The notes beneath the pieces are model-generated. The model ran no database searches and was not told where the DNA came from. It saw only the letters and a list, made by a program, of their open reading frames with translations. 64,000 bases of DNA from Lama glama (taxonomy: Eukaryota), in the NCBI GenBank assembly GCA_028534125.1, contig CM052816.1:91700001-91764000 (forward strand), read 5' to 3'. Shown piece by piece: positions 38,060 to 51,445 of this stretch. Numbering within the stretch: position 1 is the first letter of the stretch; each line of letters begins with the position of its first letter. A program made the translations under genes and the position numbers.

Positions 38060-38560
38060 TATTTTATCCCCAACTTATTTTGAAAAATGTCAAACTTATG
38101 GAAAAATTGGCAGAATAGTACAACAAATGCCTGTATGTCAAGATTCACCAATTGTTATATTTGCACATTTTCTCTCATTTACTTTTACATATATGTATAA
38201 TAAATGAGTATAATGTGCATATATGTATGCATGTATGTATAGGTGTACACACACATACACATCCTCTTTTTCTGAATTACTTGAGACTTAGTTGCAGATC
38301 TTGTCACTCTGGGAAACTTTTGTTATTATATTTTTGAATCCAGGATCTATCAAGGATCCTTTAATCTAGAACACCTCCCCAGGTTACTTTGACTTACATG
38401 ACACTGGCATATTTTAGAGCCCAGGTCAATTATTTTCAATAACATTCCTCCATTTGGGTGTGTCTGTTTTCTCACACTTATATTCAGGTGATGCATCCTT
38501 GGCAGGTGTACATCAGAAGTGGTACTGTGGAGCAATGTCTTGTATTTATTTTTATGCAAT
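38060..38560 (-). mobile_element. Old L1MC4/5-like 3' end
   Basis: 'ttattttgaaaaatgtcaaacttatggaaaaattggcagaatagtacaa', 'ctgaattacttgagacttagttgcaga'. Confidence 0.65.
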
Positions 38561-39236
38561 TGTTTGTATTTTACTCAACTTTTCTCACTCATCCAAACAG
38601 TACAATATGGAAGAGACCGAGCAAGTACTTTCAGTGTAGTTTCTTAGTATTCAAATGTTCTGACCGCTGGTCTGCAATACCTCTGAGCATCAGAAGATCT
38701 ACTTCACGAACAAATCATGGTAACTTTTTCAGTGGAATGGAGGCAAAAAGAATTTAAAACAAGGATGGTTAGGTGCTCGGGCACTTAATCATTTTAAATG
38801 AGCATCCTTAGAATAACTGTAATGAAACTGCAGTGGAATTCTACTTTTCATACCTGCTGGGTGGCTGAAAGTATAAACTATCAAACTAGACCACCAGCGT
38901 GGTCATCAAACCTACAAGACAACAGAATACAAGAAGCAGGTGTTCCTAGGAACTGGAAAGAAAACAGAAATGCACTGCCAAACACAACTCTCCACACCAA
39001 GCGGTATAGTCACTGAGGCCTGGCAAATGTGTAAGGCCTTATATGGCAGATTATTTAAACTAGAATCAATCCATGTCAGGAAACTCTGGAATTTTTTTTC
39101 CCCTGTGAGTCTTTAAGATAACAAAAATCCTTAATCATCTGCAATATTTTTGGTGAAGTTATGCTCAAATCAAAAATGTTCAGGGATATATTCTAATTAT
39201 TTTCTGCTTCTAACACATTAATTAAATGTTATTATC

Positions 39237-40791
39237 ATTGGAAAAGAAGAGGTAAAAGTGTCACTATATGCCAACGACATGTTATTATATATAGAAAACC
39301 CTAAAAGGTCCACACAAAAACTACTAGAGCTGATCGAAGAATTCAGCAAGGTAGCAGGTTACAAGATTAACGTTCAAACATCAGTTGCATTTCTTTACAC
39401 TAACAATGACTCAACAGAAAAAGAAAATAAAGAAACAATTCCCTTTAAAATAGCACCAAAGTAATAAAATTCTGGGAATAAATCTAACCAAGGAGGTGAA
39501 AGAATTATACAGCAAACTATAAAACGCTGATGAAGGAACTTAAAGAAGACTTTAAAAAATGGAAAAATATCCCATGCTGTTGGACTGGACGAATCAATTT
39601 TGTTAAAATGGTCAAACTGCCCAAGGTAATCTACAGATTTAATGCAATCTCTATCAAATTACCCAGGACATATTTCACAGAACTAGAACAAATCATAATA
39701 AAATTTATATGGAACCATCAAAGACCTAGAATTGCCAAAGCATTACTGAAGAGAAAGAAAGAGGCTGGAGGAATAACTCTCCCAGACTTCAGACAATACT
39801 ATAGAGCTACAGTCATCAAGACAGCANNNNNNNNNNNNNNNNNNNNNNNNNNNNNNNNNNNNNNNNNNNNNNNNNNNNNNNNNNNNNNNNNNNNNNNNNN
39901 NNNNNNNNNNNNNNNNNNNNNNNNNNNNNNNNNNNNNNNNNNNNNNNNNNNNNNNNNNNNNNNNNNNNNNNNNNNNNNNNNNNNNNNNNNNNNNNNNNNN
40001 NNNNNNNNNNNNNNNNNNNNNNNNNNNNNNNNNNNNNNNNNNNNNNNNNNNNNNNNNNNNNNNNNNNNNNNNNNNNNNNNNNNNNNNNNNNNNNNNNNNN
40101 NNNNNNNNNNNNNNNNNNNNNNNNNNNNNNNNNNNNNNNNNNNNNNNNNNNNNNNNNNNNNNNNNNNNNNNNNNNNNNNNNNNNNNNNNNNNNNNNNNNN
40201 NNNNNNNNNNNNNNNNNNNNNNNNNNNNNNNNNNNNNNNNNNNNNNNNNNNNNNNNNNNNNNNNNNNNNNNNNNNNNNNNNNNNNNNNNNNNNNNNNNNN
40301 NNNNNNNNNNNNNNNNNNNNNNNNNNGGAATACTACTCAGCCAGAAAAACCAACAACATAACGCCATCTGCAGCAACATGGATGTCCCTGGAGAATGTCA
40401 TTCTAAGTGAAGTAAGCCAGAAAGAGAAAGAAATATACCATATGAGATTGCTCATATGTGGAATCTAAAAAAATAAATAAATAAAAACAAACAAACAAAG
40501 CATAAATACAAAACAGAAACAGACTCATAGACATAGAATACAAATTTATGGTTGCCAAGGGGGCGGAGGGTGGGAAGGAAATAGAGGGGATTTCAAAACT
40601 GTAGAATAGATAAACAAGATTATACTGCATAGCACAGGGAAATATACACAAGATCTTATGGTAGCTCACAGAGAAAAAAATGTGACAATGAATATATATA
40701 TGTTCATGTATAACTGAAAAATTGTGCTCTACACTGGAATTTGACACAACATTGTAAAATGATTATAAATCAATAAAAAATGTTAAAAAAA
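39237..40791 (+). mobile_element. Young camelid-type L1, 5'-truncated (ORF2 RT/C-terminal remnant plus 3'UTR), spanning a gap; non-functional
   Basis: [15 protein letters not shown]...[17 protein letters not shown]...[25 protein letters not shown]...WMSLENVILSEVSQ; frameshift near 39464-39530; 3'UTR and A tail. Confidence 0.93.
39827..40326. other. Assembly gap (500 N) within L1
   Basis: Run of N. Confidence 1.
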
Positions 40792-43700
40792 TCTAAGTTT
40801 GCACCTTATGAAACTAGAAAAAGAAAAACAAATTAAATTCAAAGTAAGCAGAAGGAAAGAAATAATAAGAATTAGAGTAGAAAGCAATGAAATTAAAAAG
40901 AGGAAATCAACACAGAAAATCAGTGAAGACAAAAGTTGATTCTTTGAATAGATCAATAAGCTTCTAGTCAGGCTACCAAAAAAATAAAAATAAAAATAAA
41001 AATAAAAATTAAATTAAATTAAAAAAAAGAAAGAGAAAAGAAAAAAGAGAGAGAGGACACAAATTAGTAACATTAGAAATGAAAGAGAGGACATCACTAC
41101 AACTACAGATCTTGTGGAAATTAAAAGCATAATAAAAGAATACTATGAACAACTCTATGCCCATAATTCAGTATACTAGATGAAATAGACCAATTTTCTT
41201 TGAAGGAACAATCTGTCAAAACTCACACAAGAAGAAAGAGATAATTGAAATAGGCCAATAGCTACTAAAGAAATTAAATCAAAAATTAATAACCTTCCAA
41301 AAAAGACAGCATTGGGCCCAGATGAGTTCTCTGGTGAATTCTATCATATATTTTAGGAAGAAATGACATCAATTCTACAATCTCTTTCAAAAGATAGAAG
41401 CAGAAGGAAAACTTTCTGACTCATTCTGTGAAACCAGCCTTACCCTAATAGCAAAACTAGCCAAAGACATTACAAGGAAAGAAAACTACAGACCACTATA
41501 TCTCATGAATATTGTTGCAAAATCCTCAACAAATACACAACAAAATATTAGCAAATCAAATCTAAAAGTGTATTAAAAAGAAGTATACACCATGACCAGG
41601 TGAGATTTATCCCAGGTATGCAAGACTGGTTCAGCATTCAAAAGTAAATTAATGTAAACCATCATAGACTAAAAAGGGAAAAAATCAAATTAATAGATGC
41701 AGAAAAAGGATCTGACAAAATCCAACATCTATGCATAATAAAAACTCTCAGTAACTCAGGAATAGAGGCAAGCTCTCTCAACTTGATAATGACTATCTAC
41801 AAAAAAACCTACAGCTATCATCACGCTTAACAGTGAGAAACTTAAGCCTTTCCCACTAAGATCAGGTATAAAGCAAGGATGTTTCCTCTCACCACTCATT
41901 TTCAACATCACATTGGAAGTCCTTGCTAATGCAATAATGCAAGAAAAAGTAAAAAAAAAGGTATATACAGATTGGGAAGGAAGATTTAAAACTGTCTTTG
42001 TTCGCAAATGATGTGATCCTCTATGTAGAAAATTTGAAAAAATAAACAAAAAAACTCCTGGAATTAATAAGTGACTATAGCAAGGTTGTAGGATACAAGA
42101 TTAATATACAAAGGTCAATTGCTTTCATATACCAATCATGTCCAAGTGGAATTTGACATTAAAAATGCAATGCCATTTAAATTAGCATCTCCCAAATTGA
42201 AATACTTAAGCATCAATCTAAAAAACGGACAAGATCTGTGTGAGGGAAATTACAAAATGCTGATGAATGAAATCAAAAGAGAACTAAATAAATGGAGAGA
42301 TATTCTGTATTTACAGATAGAGAGGCTCAATACTGCCAAGATGTCAGTTCTCTCCAACTTGATCTATAGATTCAATGCAATTCCAATAAAAAAAACCCAG
42401 CAAGTTGTTTTATTTTGTGATATCAACAAACTGACTCTAGAGTTTATATGAAAGGCAAAATATCCAGAGCAGCCAATACAATATTGAAGAACAAAATTGG
42501 GACAATAATGCCACCTGACTTCAAGACTGAACTTAAAGCTATAGTAATCAAGACAGTGTGGTATTGTTGAAAGAACAGACAAATAGATTAATGGAACAGA
42601 ATAGACAGCCTAGAAATAGATCCCTGTAAATAGAGTCAACTAATCTTTGACAAAGGAGTAAAGGTAATACAACGCAGCAAAGATCGTCTGCTCAACAAAT
42701 AGGGCTGGAACAACGACATCTTAATGAAAAAAAAAAATCTACACAGAAATTACATCCTTCACAAAAATAAAGTCTAAATGGATCATAGACCTAAATGTAA
42801 ACACAAAACTATAGACCTCTGAGATGATAGCATAGAAGAAAACCTGCATGACCTTGTTTATGGCAGTGACTTTAGATACAACATAAAAGGCATGATCCAA
42901 GAAAGAAACAATTGATAAGCTGGATTCTGTTAAAATTTAAAACTTCTGCTCTGCAAAATGCAATATCAAGGTAATGAGAAGACATTTGCAAAAGGAACAT
43001 CTGACAAAGTGCTGTCATCCCAAATATACAAAGAACTCTTAAAACTCAGTAATAAGAAAATAAACAATCCAATTAAAAAAAGATGAAAGACCTTAACAAA
43101 CACCTCACCAAAAAGATCTACAGGTGGTTAAAAAGTTCATGAAAAGGTGCTCCATATCATATATCATCAAGGACATGCAAATTTAAATAACAAGAGCTAG
43201 CACTACACCCCTACTAGAATGGTCAAAATCCAGTAAACCGACAACACCAAATGCTGACAAAGAAGGAAGCAACAGGAACTCTCATGCCCTGCTGGTGGGA
43301 ATGCAAAATGGTACAGCCACTCTGGAAGATAATTTGGCAGTTTCCTACACAATAAACCTACTCTTAGAATATAACCCAAAATTGTGATCCTTGGTTATTT
43401 ACCCAAAGAAGTTGAAAACTTATTGTCTACACAAAAATCTGCACCTGAACATTTCTGGCTGATTTATCTGTAATTGCCAAAACTTGGAAGCAACCAAGAT
43501 GTCCTTCAGTAAGTGAATATATAAATAAACCATGGTACACTCAGACAGAAGAATATTATTCAGCACTAAAAAGAAATGAGCTATCAAGCCATGAAAAGAC
43601 ATGAAGTAACCTTAAATGCATATGACTAGGTGAAAGAAGTCAATCTAAAAAGATTACCTGCTATGATTTTAACTATAGGACAAAAAACAAAACAAAATAA

Positions 43701-44100
43701 ACAAAAGCAAAACTATGGAGACAATAAAAAGACCAGTGGTGTCCAGGAGTGTATGTGTGTTGATGTGGAGGTGGAGAGGAACAGACAGAGCAAAGACGAT
43801 TTGTAGGGCAGTGAAAATACTCTGAGATTATACTGATGGATATATGTCATGATATATGTGTCCACCCACACAGAATGCACATACCCAGAGTGAATCCTAA
43901 AATAAACTATGGACTTTGGGTGATTATAATGTGTCAATGTAGGTTCATCCTTAGTAAAAAATGTACCATTTTGGTGAGTGATGCTGATAATGGGGGAAGC
44001 CACAAATCTGGAGGGATCAGGGGTATATATGGGATTTCTCTGTAACTTCCTTTCAATTTTGTTGTAAACCTAAAAGTGTTCTCAAAGTAAAGTATTTTTT
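40792..44100 (+). mobile_element. L1MC1/2-like LINE-1, about 3.3 kb of decayed ORF2 plus 3'UTR
   Basis: ORF2 motifs (gggcccagatgagttctctggtgaattcta; [25 protein letters not shown]) with many stops and frameshifts; L1MC 3'UTR 'aaactatggactttgggtgattataatgtgtcaatgtaggttcatc'. Confidence 0.9.
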
Positions 44101-45180
44101 TTAATCCAAAGAAGAGTCAAATTAAGTAAAAAAACAAATCTAGCCATCAATAGCCCAAAGATATTTATTAAATATTATACTGATAAACTATAAAAATGAT
44201 AAGCTGATTTCTGAATAAGAGCCTCTATAATTTTGTAGTATGTATGCAAAAATCATGGTAACAGTAAAGCTTCACCTGACATGAATAAACGAATCCACAT
44301 ATAGACCAGAAGGATGTTAGGAGGAGTTGCAGAGGAAGGAGTGATGATGCAAGGCCTGACCAGGGACGGAGCAGGATTGGATATGAGCTGTTAAGGTTGA
44401 AGGTCAGCAGATGAACAAGGAAGAGAGAAGAAGGGAGCCAGCAGGCACGGGAGGGGGGCCAATGTCATGTAATCCTGATATAAACATGATGAAAACAGAA
44501 TTGTACTTGGCAAGCCAGGTCTAAGCAGGCTGTTTTAACTTGCCACATTTATACAGATGTTTGGGGTCAGGTTCACAAAGGAAAGAGAAGTACAACGCAA
44601 GTCTATTAAGAATCCCTGCATGCAGCAATTTCTTTGGCTAAAAATCACACTGTCTGTCCAGTACCTCCTTTGTTGAGGGAACATTTGCCTCAAGAGAGAT
44701 GTCCCAGAGAGAAATTATAAACAAAAGAGCATTAGCAATCCTAAAGTCTGTACACAAAAACATGGTTTTACAGTTCAGTTTAATCCTCTGTAGACAGTGC
44801 TTGACAAAATACATTTTCATGAGATGTGCATATTCTCAGCATTAGAAATGCTGGAGGCTTTGTGAAAATACAGGATGGTTTTCTCACTTTAACAAATCAT
44901 GCCAGAGTCATTTAGCACTCTTATTTACACCTCTAGGATACAATTCTTGCAATGTGCAAGTCCTGAGGAATTAAAGATAACCACAGAGTGCTAAGAATGG
45001 CCTTCATCTTCACACATAAAATCTTAATGCTTCTAATTGGAGAGACAGCTCCAGATCTATTGCTGAATGCTCTGAATCTAGTTCAGTGGGTCATGTGGCA
45101 CATATAAATAGGAATCAGATTCCAGAATAGGATGAAGTATAAATTAAAACAATAAACAATGATGAGGCATTGGTTTACAT

Positions 45181-45402
45181 CACATATCAGCAAGCTACAG
45201 CCCATGGGCCAAATCCCGTCTATTGCCTATTTTTGTAAATAAAGTTTTATTGGAACATAGCCACGTCCGTTTATTTACATATTGTCTCTGGCTGCCTTCG
45301 TGCTACATGGCAGAGCTGAGTAATTGTGACAGAAACCATATGGCCCACAAAGCATAAAATACTTAATATCTGGCCCTTTATAGAAAAGATTGCCAATCTC
45401 TG
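45181..45402 (+). mobile_element. MER58A hAT-Charlie
   Basis: 'tcagcaagctacagcccatgggccaaatc...gtaaataaagttttattggaacatagccac...aagattgccaatctctg'. Confidence 0.92.
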
Positions 45403-45437
45403 GTTTCTGCTTTTAATTGTGGGAGCCTTAAAATATC

Positions 45438-45940
45438 TGTGTTAGTTTTCTGTTGCCACTGTAATAAACTACTGTAAATTAAATGACTCAAAACAACACA
45501 AATTTATTCTCTTATAGTTCTGGGGGTCAAAAGTCCTAAAACCTAGGTGTCAGCAGGTCTGCATTCGTCTGGAAGCTCTGGGGGAGAATTCATTTCCTAG
45601 CGCCTAGAGGCCACCTACATTCTTTGGCTTATGGCCTCATCCTCTATCTTCAAAGCCAACGCTTCAATCTTTTTCTCTGCTTCTGTCATGATCCCTTTTT
45701 TCTTCTCTGTTTTTGTTGTTACATCTCCTTCTCAGAGTCTGATCCTCTTGCTTCTTTTTTTGTAAGAACCCTTGTTGTTATCTTGGATCCATCCAGATAA
45801 CCCAGAATAATCTCCCATCTCAAGATCTTTAATTTAATCATAGCTGCACGGTCCCTTTTGCCATATAACTTAACATATTCATGGGTTCCAGGAATTAGGA
45901 TAAGGGCCATCTTTGGAAGGACATCATTTTGCCAACCACA
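45438..45940 (-). mobile_element. MLT1D-like MaLR solo LTR
   Basis: tgtgttagttttctgttgcc ... ttttgccaaccaca; 5-bp TSD atatc/atatg. Confidence 0.9.
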
Positions 45941-46719
45941 ATATGTAAAATAATTTATTTTCCAAAGACAGTGTAGGTGCTTGAAACACAAAAAACAAAG
46001 ATGGCTACATGTCATGATAGATTTTTTTAATATCCACTGAACTTTCTTCACATTTCTTAATTCTTGTTTCTCACCCTTCTTAACCTCATTTCATCATTGT
46101 GCATTGCTGTCTCAGAAAACGACTGAAGAAAAACATGTTCTTACATTTGAAACGTCAGATTCTTTGATTCAAAACAAAAAAATTTTCTTAAAATTTAAAT
46201 CTACAATCTTCTGACAAGTTTTATCAACTAAAAAATAATACTGCTGGTATGTTTATTTAGAGGAGACAAAACCTTCATTCATATATAATTTCAAGCAGGG
46301 TGTGAAACAATAAATGTCTTCAAAAAGATAGGGGTAAACTTGCACACTTTGAAGATGGAGAAGTTGGACTTAGGAGGAAAGACAGCAGGAAAGGTTTTAA
46401 GTAATGGTTGCTCTGGAGAAGGGTTCTAGGAAAAAGTGCAAGAGACGTGAAGGGATGCAGCAAAGGATACTGACAGAGAGGAGCAAATCCTACACATTAG
46501 ATTGGTCACAGGTCATGTAATGGTGGATGGCTAATAAAATGTGGAAAGCCTCAAATCTGAGACTAGAGAATTTAGACAACTTATAGATGATGGTTTTTTT
46601 GGTCAGAGTAGATGCTGGACCAGAGCTGTGCTGATGGGATATTAGTCTGGTCAAATTTTAGAGGCAAAAGGGAGGTCACATACTAAGGGAAGAGTTTTTC
46701 CTTCCACCCCACCCCAAAT

Positions 46720-46965
46720 GAGGAAAGAATGCCATGTGACATTGGAGGCAGAAGATTCAGGTGCTGCAGCTGAAGTTAGCGCCTGAGGCTCCCTGAAGCT
46801 GGAAGAGGCAAGTAAGGATTCTCCCGGACAGGTTTTAGAGGGAGCATGGCTCTGAAGACACCTTGATTTTAGACTTCCATCCTCCAGAGCTGTGGACAAT
46901 ACAGCTGTGCTTTAAGCCATCCAATTCATGACACTTCGTTACAGCAGCCCTAAGAAACTATTACA
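46720..46965 (+). mobile_element. MLT1 (B/C-like) LTR 3' half
   Basis: 'gaagctggaagaggcaagtaaggattctccc...cttcgttacagcagccctaagaaactattaca'. Confidence 0.85.
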
Positions 46966-46991
46966 GCCCTTCACGTGTGAAATAAAAATAA

Positions 46992-47775
46992 TCATTCAAT
47001 AAATATTTATTAGCTACTTACTGTGTGTCAGGCACCATTCTAGGTGTTAAAGATATGGGAGACAAAACTGTAAAAAAAAACTGCCTTCACAGAGCTTCCT
47101 TCCTACTGAGGAAAAAGAAAGACAATACATGAAATACTATGGCTTCATATGGTGATATCTATATAGAAAAATCAAAGTACGCATGTGTGTGTGTACATAT
47201 GAGAGCCCAATTTAAGATAATGTGGCCTAAAAAGATCTCATTGTGAGTGAAGACCTGAATATGTGAGGGGTGAGTGGTCATCTGGGCAAAAGAGGATTCC
47301 AGGCAGCAGGATCAGCAGGTGCAAAGGCCCCGAGGTAGTGGCCTTCCTGGTGGAAACTCCCAGAAGAGCAAAGTGGTGAGCGTGGATGGAGCAGAGTGTG
47401 TCAGAGGAAAACTGGTAAACGCTGAAAGCAGAGAGTCAAAGAGGGAGTGTGTGGCTGGATTGTGTGTAGAATCTTATCTATATTGCAAGGACACTGGCTC
47501 TACTCCAAGTGGGTCCAGGAGCTTCTAAGGGCTTTCAACAGAGGACCGGCATGATCCAACTCATTCTTCAACTGGATCGCCTTGATTATTATGTAGAGAA
47601 CAAGCTAACGAGGGCAACAGTGGAAGTGCAGAGATATCATTTGGGAGATTACAGCAATAATCCTCGGGATGAGAGATGACAGTGGCTTAATGGACAGGAT
47701 AGGTGGCAGCAATGGATGTGATAAGCAGGAATCAGACTCTGTATGTTTTGAAGGTAGAGACGACAGGGTTTACAT
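46992..47775 (-). mobile_element. L2a LINE 3' region
   Basis: 'tcattcaataaatatttattagctacttactgtgtgtcaggcaccattctagg', 'ttccaggcagcagga...gcaaaggccccgagg', 'tatgttttgaaggtagag'. Confidence 0.85.
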
Positions 47776-50589
47776 TTTTAATGATGTCTTTGGGACCACA
47801 GTGTAATGTCTTAACTTCCCAACTAGATTGTAAGTTCCTTGTGGTCAAGACCCAGGGACTTCTCCAGTCTTGGCCCCAGCATCTTTCAGAGAGCAGGTGC
47901 TGCATTTAAAAAACATTCCTGATCATTCAGTGAGAAGGAACTAACTGTGTCTAGAGACCCACCAATGTCATGCAAGTATGATTGCAGAACACGTGCCATT
48001 TGAGTCAATGACCAACTATGTGAGAAAAACGTTTCCTGGGACAACTCCAACCTTTATCCCTTGCCAAAAAACCCACAACACATAACGTTATTGCTGCAAA
48101 TTTAGTGATATTCAAATATTCCAATAGTGTGTTACTAAGCCTTGGGCATTTTTAAATTCCATAAACTTTACTTAAAGTGCTCTTCTGGTTTGAAAACAAA
48201 TAAAACCCCAAAGAAAAAGACATAACTTGGAGGATTCATGAGAATAGAACTGAGAATAAAAGCATATCTAATTATTGGCTCAGGTTTCTTGAAGTGAGAA
48301 AGGGAAAAATGAACTGTTTTCTTCTGAAGATGTTGTCCCGGAGATTTACACAAGTGGTCAGGGGATCTGATAACTGATTTTTCATCCCCTACAGCAAAAT
48401 TAAACTGGCAAAGAGAACTCCAGCACTGAGATGTCAGGCAATATGATAGTTGGCATCAGTAACTAAACGTGGCACTCCGGCTCCTTGCATGCCAGAAGTT
48501 GTAAGTTCTAGCTGCAGTAACGGAAGTTTATTTGGATTACTAATTTTCCAGGTAAAGGAACGGTGGAGTTGATTAGTAGAGAGAATTACATAAAGGCACC
48601 CTTCCATACCTGCTAAGACACAGGGCAGAGAGTGGACTCAGGACTCCACAGCATATCTAGTTTTCATTTGGAAATAGACCTTTTTGTTCTACAGGCTTGT
48701 GCCTCTGTCCCATTAGCTGAGAAATGGGTACCAGGTGATAGTCTGGACTCCTCCATCTATAGAGATGGGGCTAATTGTATAAATACCACAGTAAGCAGAC
48801 GATGCTGGGAAAGAATGGATAGCACTGTGGTTTGTCTTCAGATGTCAGATTTATGCTCTTTTGATTAGAGACCAGGGCAAGTCAGATACCATCCCCAGTC
48901 AGACACCACCCCAGCCCCAGGCGTGAAGAGATGTAGACTGGAGAGAGAAACTGGAAGCAGAAAAGCACTTTAGTCTTGTGGGAAATGCATAGTCAAAGGT
49001 TGGCATAGAAATACCAACAAAAACTGTCCGCCAGTTTAGGAAGAGAACAAGATTAAAGCTATAAAAAGGAAAGAGGATGTTGATAAAGAGGTGGGACAGG
49101 AAATAAAGGTAAAGGGGGAGGAAATGGAAGAAGAAGCACACAGAGTGGACACGTAGACGGTTGGAGACATACAAAGAAGAAATCCCTGTCATTACTCCTG
49201 GCTACTTATCCATTCCCACCGCGACTAAAGCAAGATCTCCCATGAGGACTGGAGGGCATGAAGGTGCTTCAAGAAGCCTTGATGTGACTTGGGGCATACT
49301 AACCGGCCTGACTCAGTCCAGCTTAGACTGTGGTCTGTACTTTACACTTTGGTCCTCTGTAGAACTTTCAAAGTAGGTGCTCAAAAATTATTTGTTGAAG
49401 ATGAATGAAAAGTAAATATTTTAATACAGTACATCAAGAGCAAGACGGACCACATGTTTCTCCTTTGGAAACTCTGTAGTGGTGGAAAAAGTGCTACAGC
49501 CCTTTGAGGAGGGCAACTCAGTGAGGCAGAAATAGTAGGAGAAGTCAATACCCAAAGGTCAAGAAAAACATCTGTGCTAAGAAAGGCTGGATGACTGCAG
49601 CCCTGGATGGTGGACAGGCTGACACAGTCTACACCCTGCCCATAAACCCACTCTATATGGTTTATAGACATAACTAGCAAATAAGCAATAACACCCATTT
49701 CTGTAATTGACTTCTGTTTACCTTCTGACTCCCACTACATTATTATCCTGGGAAAAAGGATATTGAAGAGGAAATAATTTCTGACAGATCCAACCAATAG
49801 TTTTTAACGTCGAAGGTGCTAGAAAATCATAGGTCAACCATTCCTTCTCATGGTTGCTCAATCTTTCTTTGTGACAACATTCTGTGGAACTCCACTGTCA
49901 CACTACAGCCCTCCAGGGTGCTGTGCCTCCTCTGATTCCACAGTGTTTGGGGAACCACAAAGAGTCTTCCTATTCCTTATGAAGCTCCTGGCTTCAACCT
50001 GGCAAGTGCAAAAATCTGGTCATCCTTCTTTGGCCTTGGATGCCAGGGTACAGCAACGGAGCCAAATGACAACATCCCTGCCCAGCGGAGGTGTCCCTAA
50101 CAAGCATGTAATATGTTCATCCTAAGTGCGCTCAGTTTAAAAACATTAGATCCTTATTCTTTAAATTTTTCAAACAATTCTTTACTGAAAATGAGAGATA
50201 CGTGCACCAAAACGTGAAAACTTACCATGATAACTGCTTTTTTAATGTAGTAAAATATTAACAGGTGAAACCCCTGTCCCAATCCTAAATGTCTGCCTTA
50301 GGGTGGAATTCACTCTGGAAGTTTGCACGTAGTAAAGAATATTGAAAATATTTGTACAATTTTCACCCACTGATCTTAGGATTGAGGGTGTAGCCAGTTA
50401 CAGTGAGTGGTCGTTTTGATGCCTCTCAAAACCTTTGGATATATTTATAGAACAAATTTCATTTAATTGATAACTATTAATTAAGAACTTACAACGTTAT
50501 CAAATGCTGTACAACGATGAGTATTCATGGAATATTCATATGCCCGGCTGGTTCTCCATCACTGGGGCCTCAACATGTTGGAGGCTCCC

Positions 50590-51445
50590 CTGTCTACATC
50601 ATCAGCTCAGACCTTTCCTCTGAGATCCACATTCACATGTCTAGTTCCCTGCTCTGACTTGACATCTCTGAGTTTACCTGGCAGATATCTCAAGTTTAAC
50701 TTGTCCACCATTGAATCCATGCTTCCCCACCCCACATTTGTTTCTTTGCACTGGTATTTTCCACCTCAATAAAGAACCCCACTCTCCCCCTTTAATTCAG
50801 TCAGGAAGCTAGAACTCCTCCTTGACCCCTTTTCCCTTAGCCATCCTCCACTTTTTTTTCCAACAGCAAATTCTTTAGTTTGACCTCAAATCCTTCCAGA
50901 TCACATGTTCTTCACTGCTGCTACCTTAATCAAGTCTTTGATGAACTATTTTAAAATGCCTACTTCCATTCTTGGGCTCCACAATCCATTCTCCACTCGT
51001 AAGCAAGGGTGAATGTCTTTAAAAAGTCGTTATATCATGTCCACCATGGTATACTGATTTACCAAGCCCTCCTGTTCAAAATCCTTTGGTACCTGCCACT
51101 TCATCCCCATCCAGAACAGCTGTCTTGGGGACTGAATTCCACACAGCCTCAGAGACTCAGGGCCTTTGTACACAAAGCCTCATCTGCCTGGAATGTTCTT
51201 TGAAAAGTAGATTCCTTAAATTCAGCTCAAAGATTCCACTCTTCTCATTTAGCCTTTCAGAGGTAGCTCCTCTCATTTTTCCCTTCAGAATTTTTCATTT
51301 TATTTATTACTTTTTTAGACTGTTTTCCCCATTTGACTATGAGTTCAATTTGCACAAGACCTACATCTATTTATTCACTGTTGACTCCCCAGTACTTGAT
51401 ATACTGCCTGGACCATAGAGGCATGTAAAGATTTATTCAGTACAT
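50590..51445 (+). mobile_element. L2 LINE 3' region
   Basis: 'atctcaagtttaacttgtcca', 'tctgcctggaatgttctt', 'tattcactgttgactccccagtac...tgcctggaccatagaggca'. Confidence 0.75.

Noticed and set aside
39530..40468. 312-aa ORF as a functional gene
   Set aside because: L1 ORF2 remnant bridged by Ns; truncated, frameshifted, with a mutated RT motif
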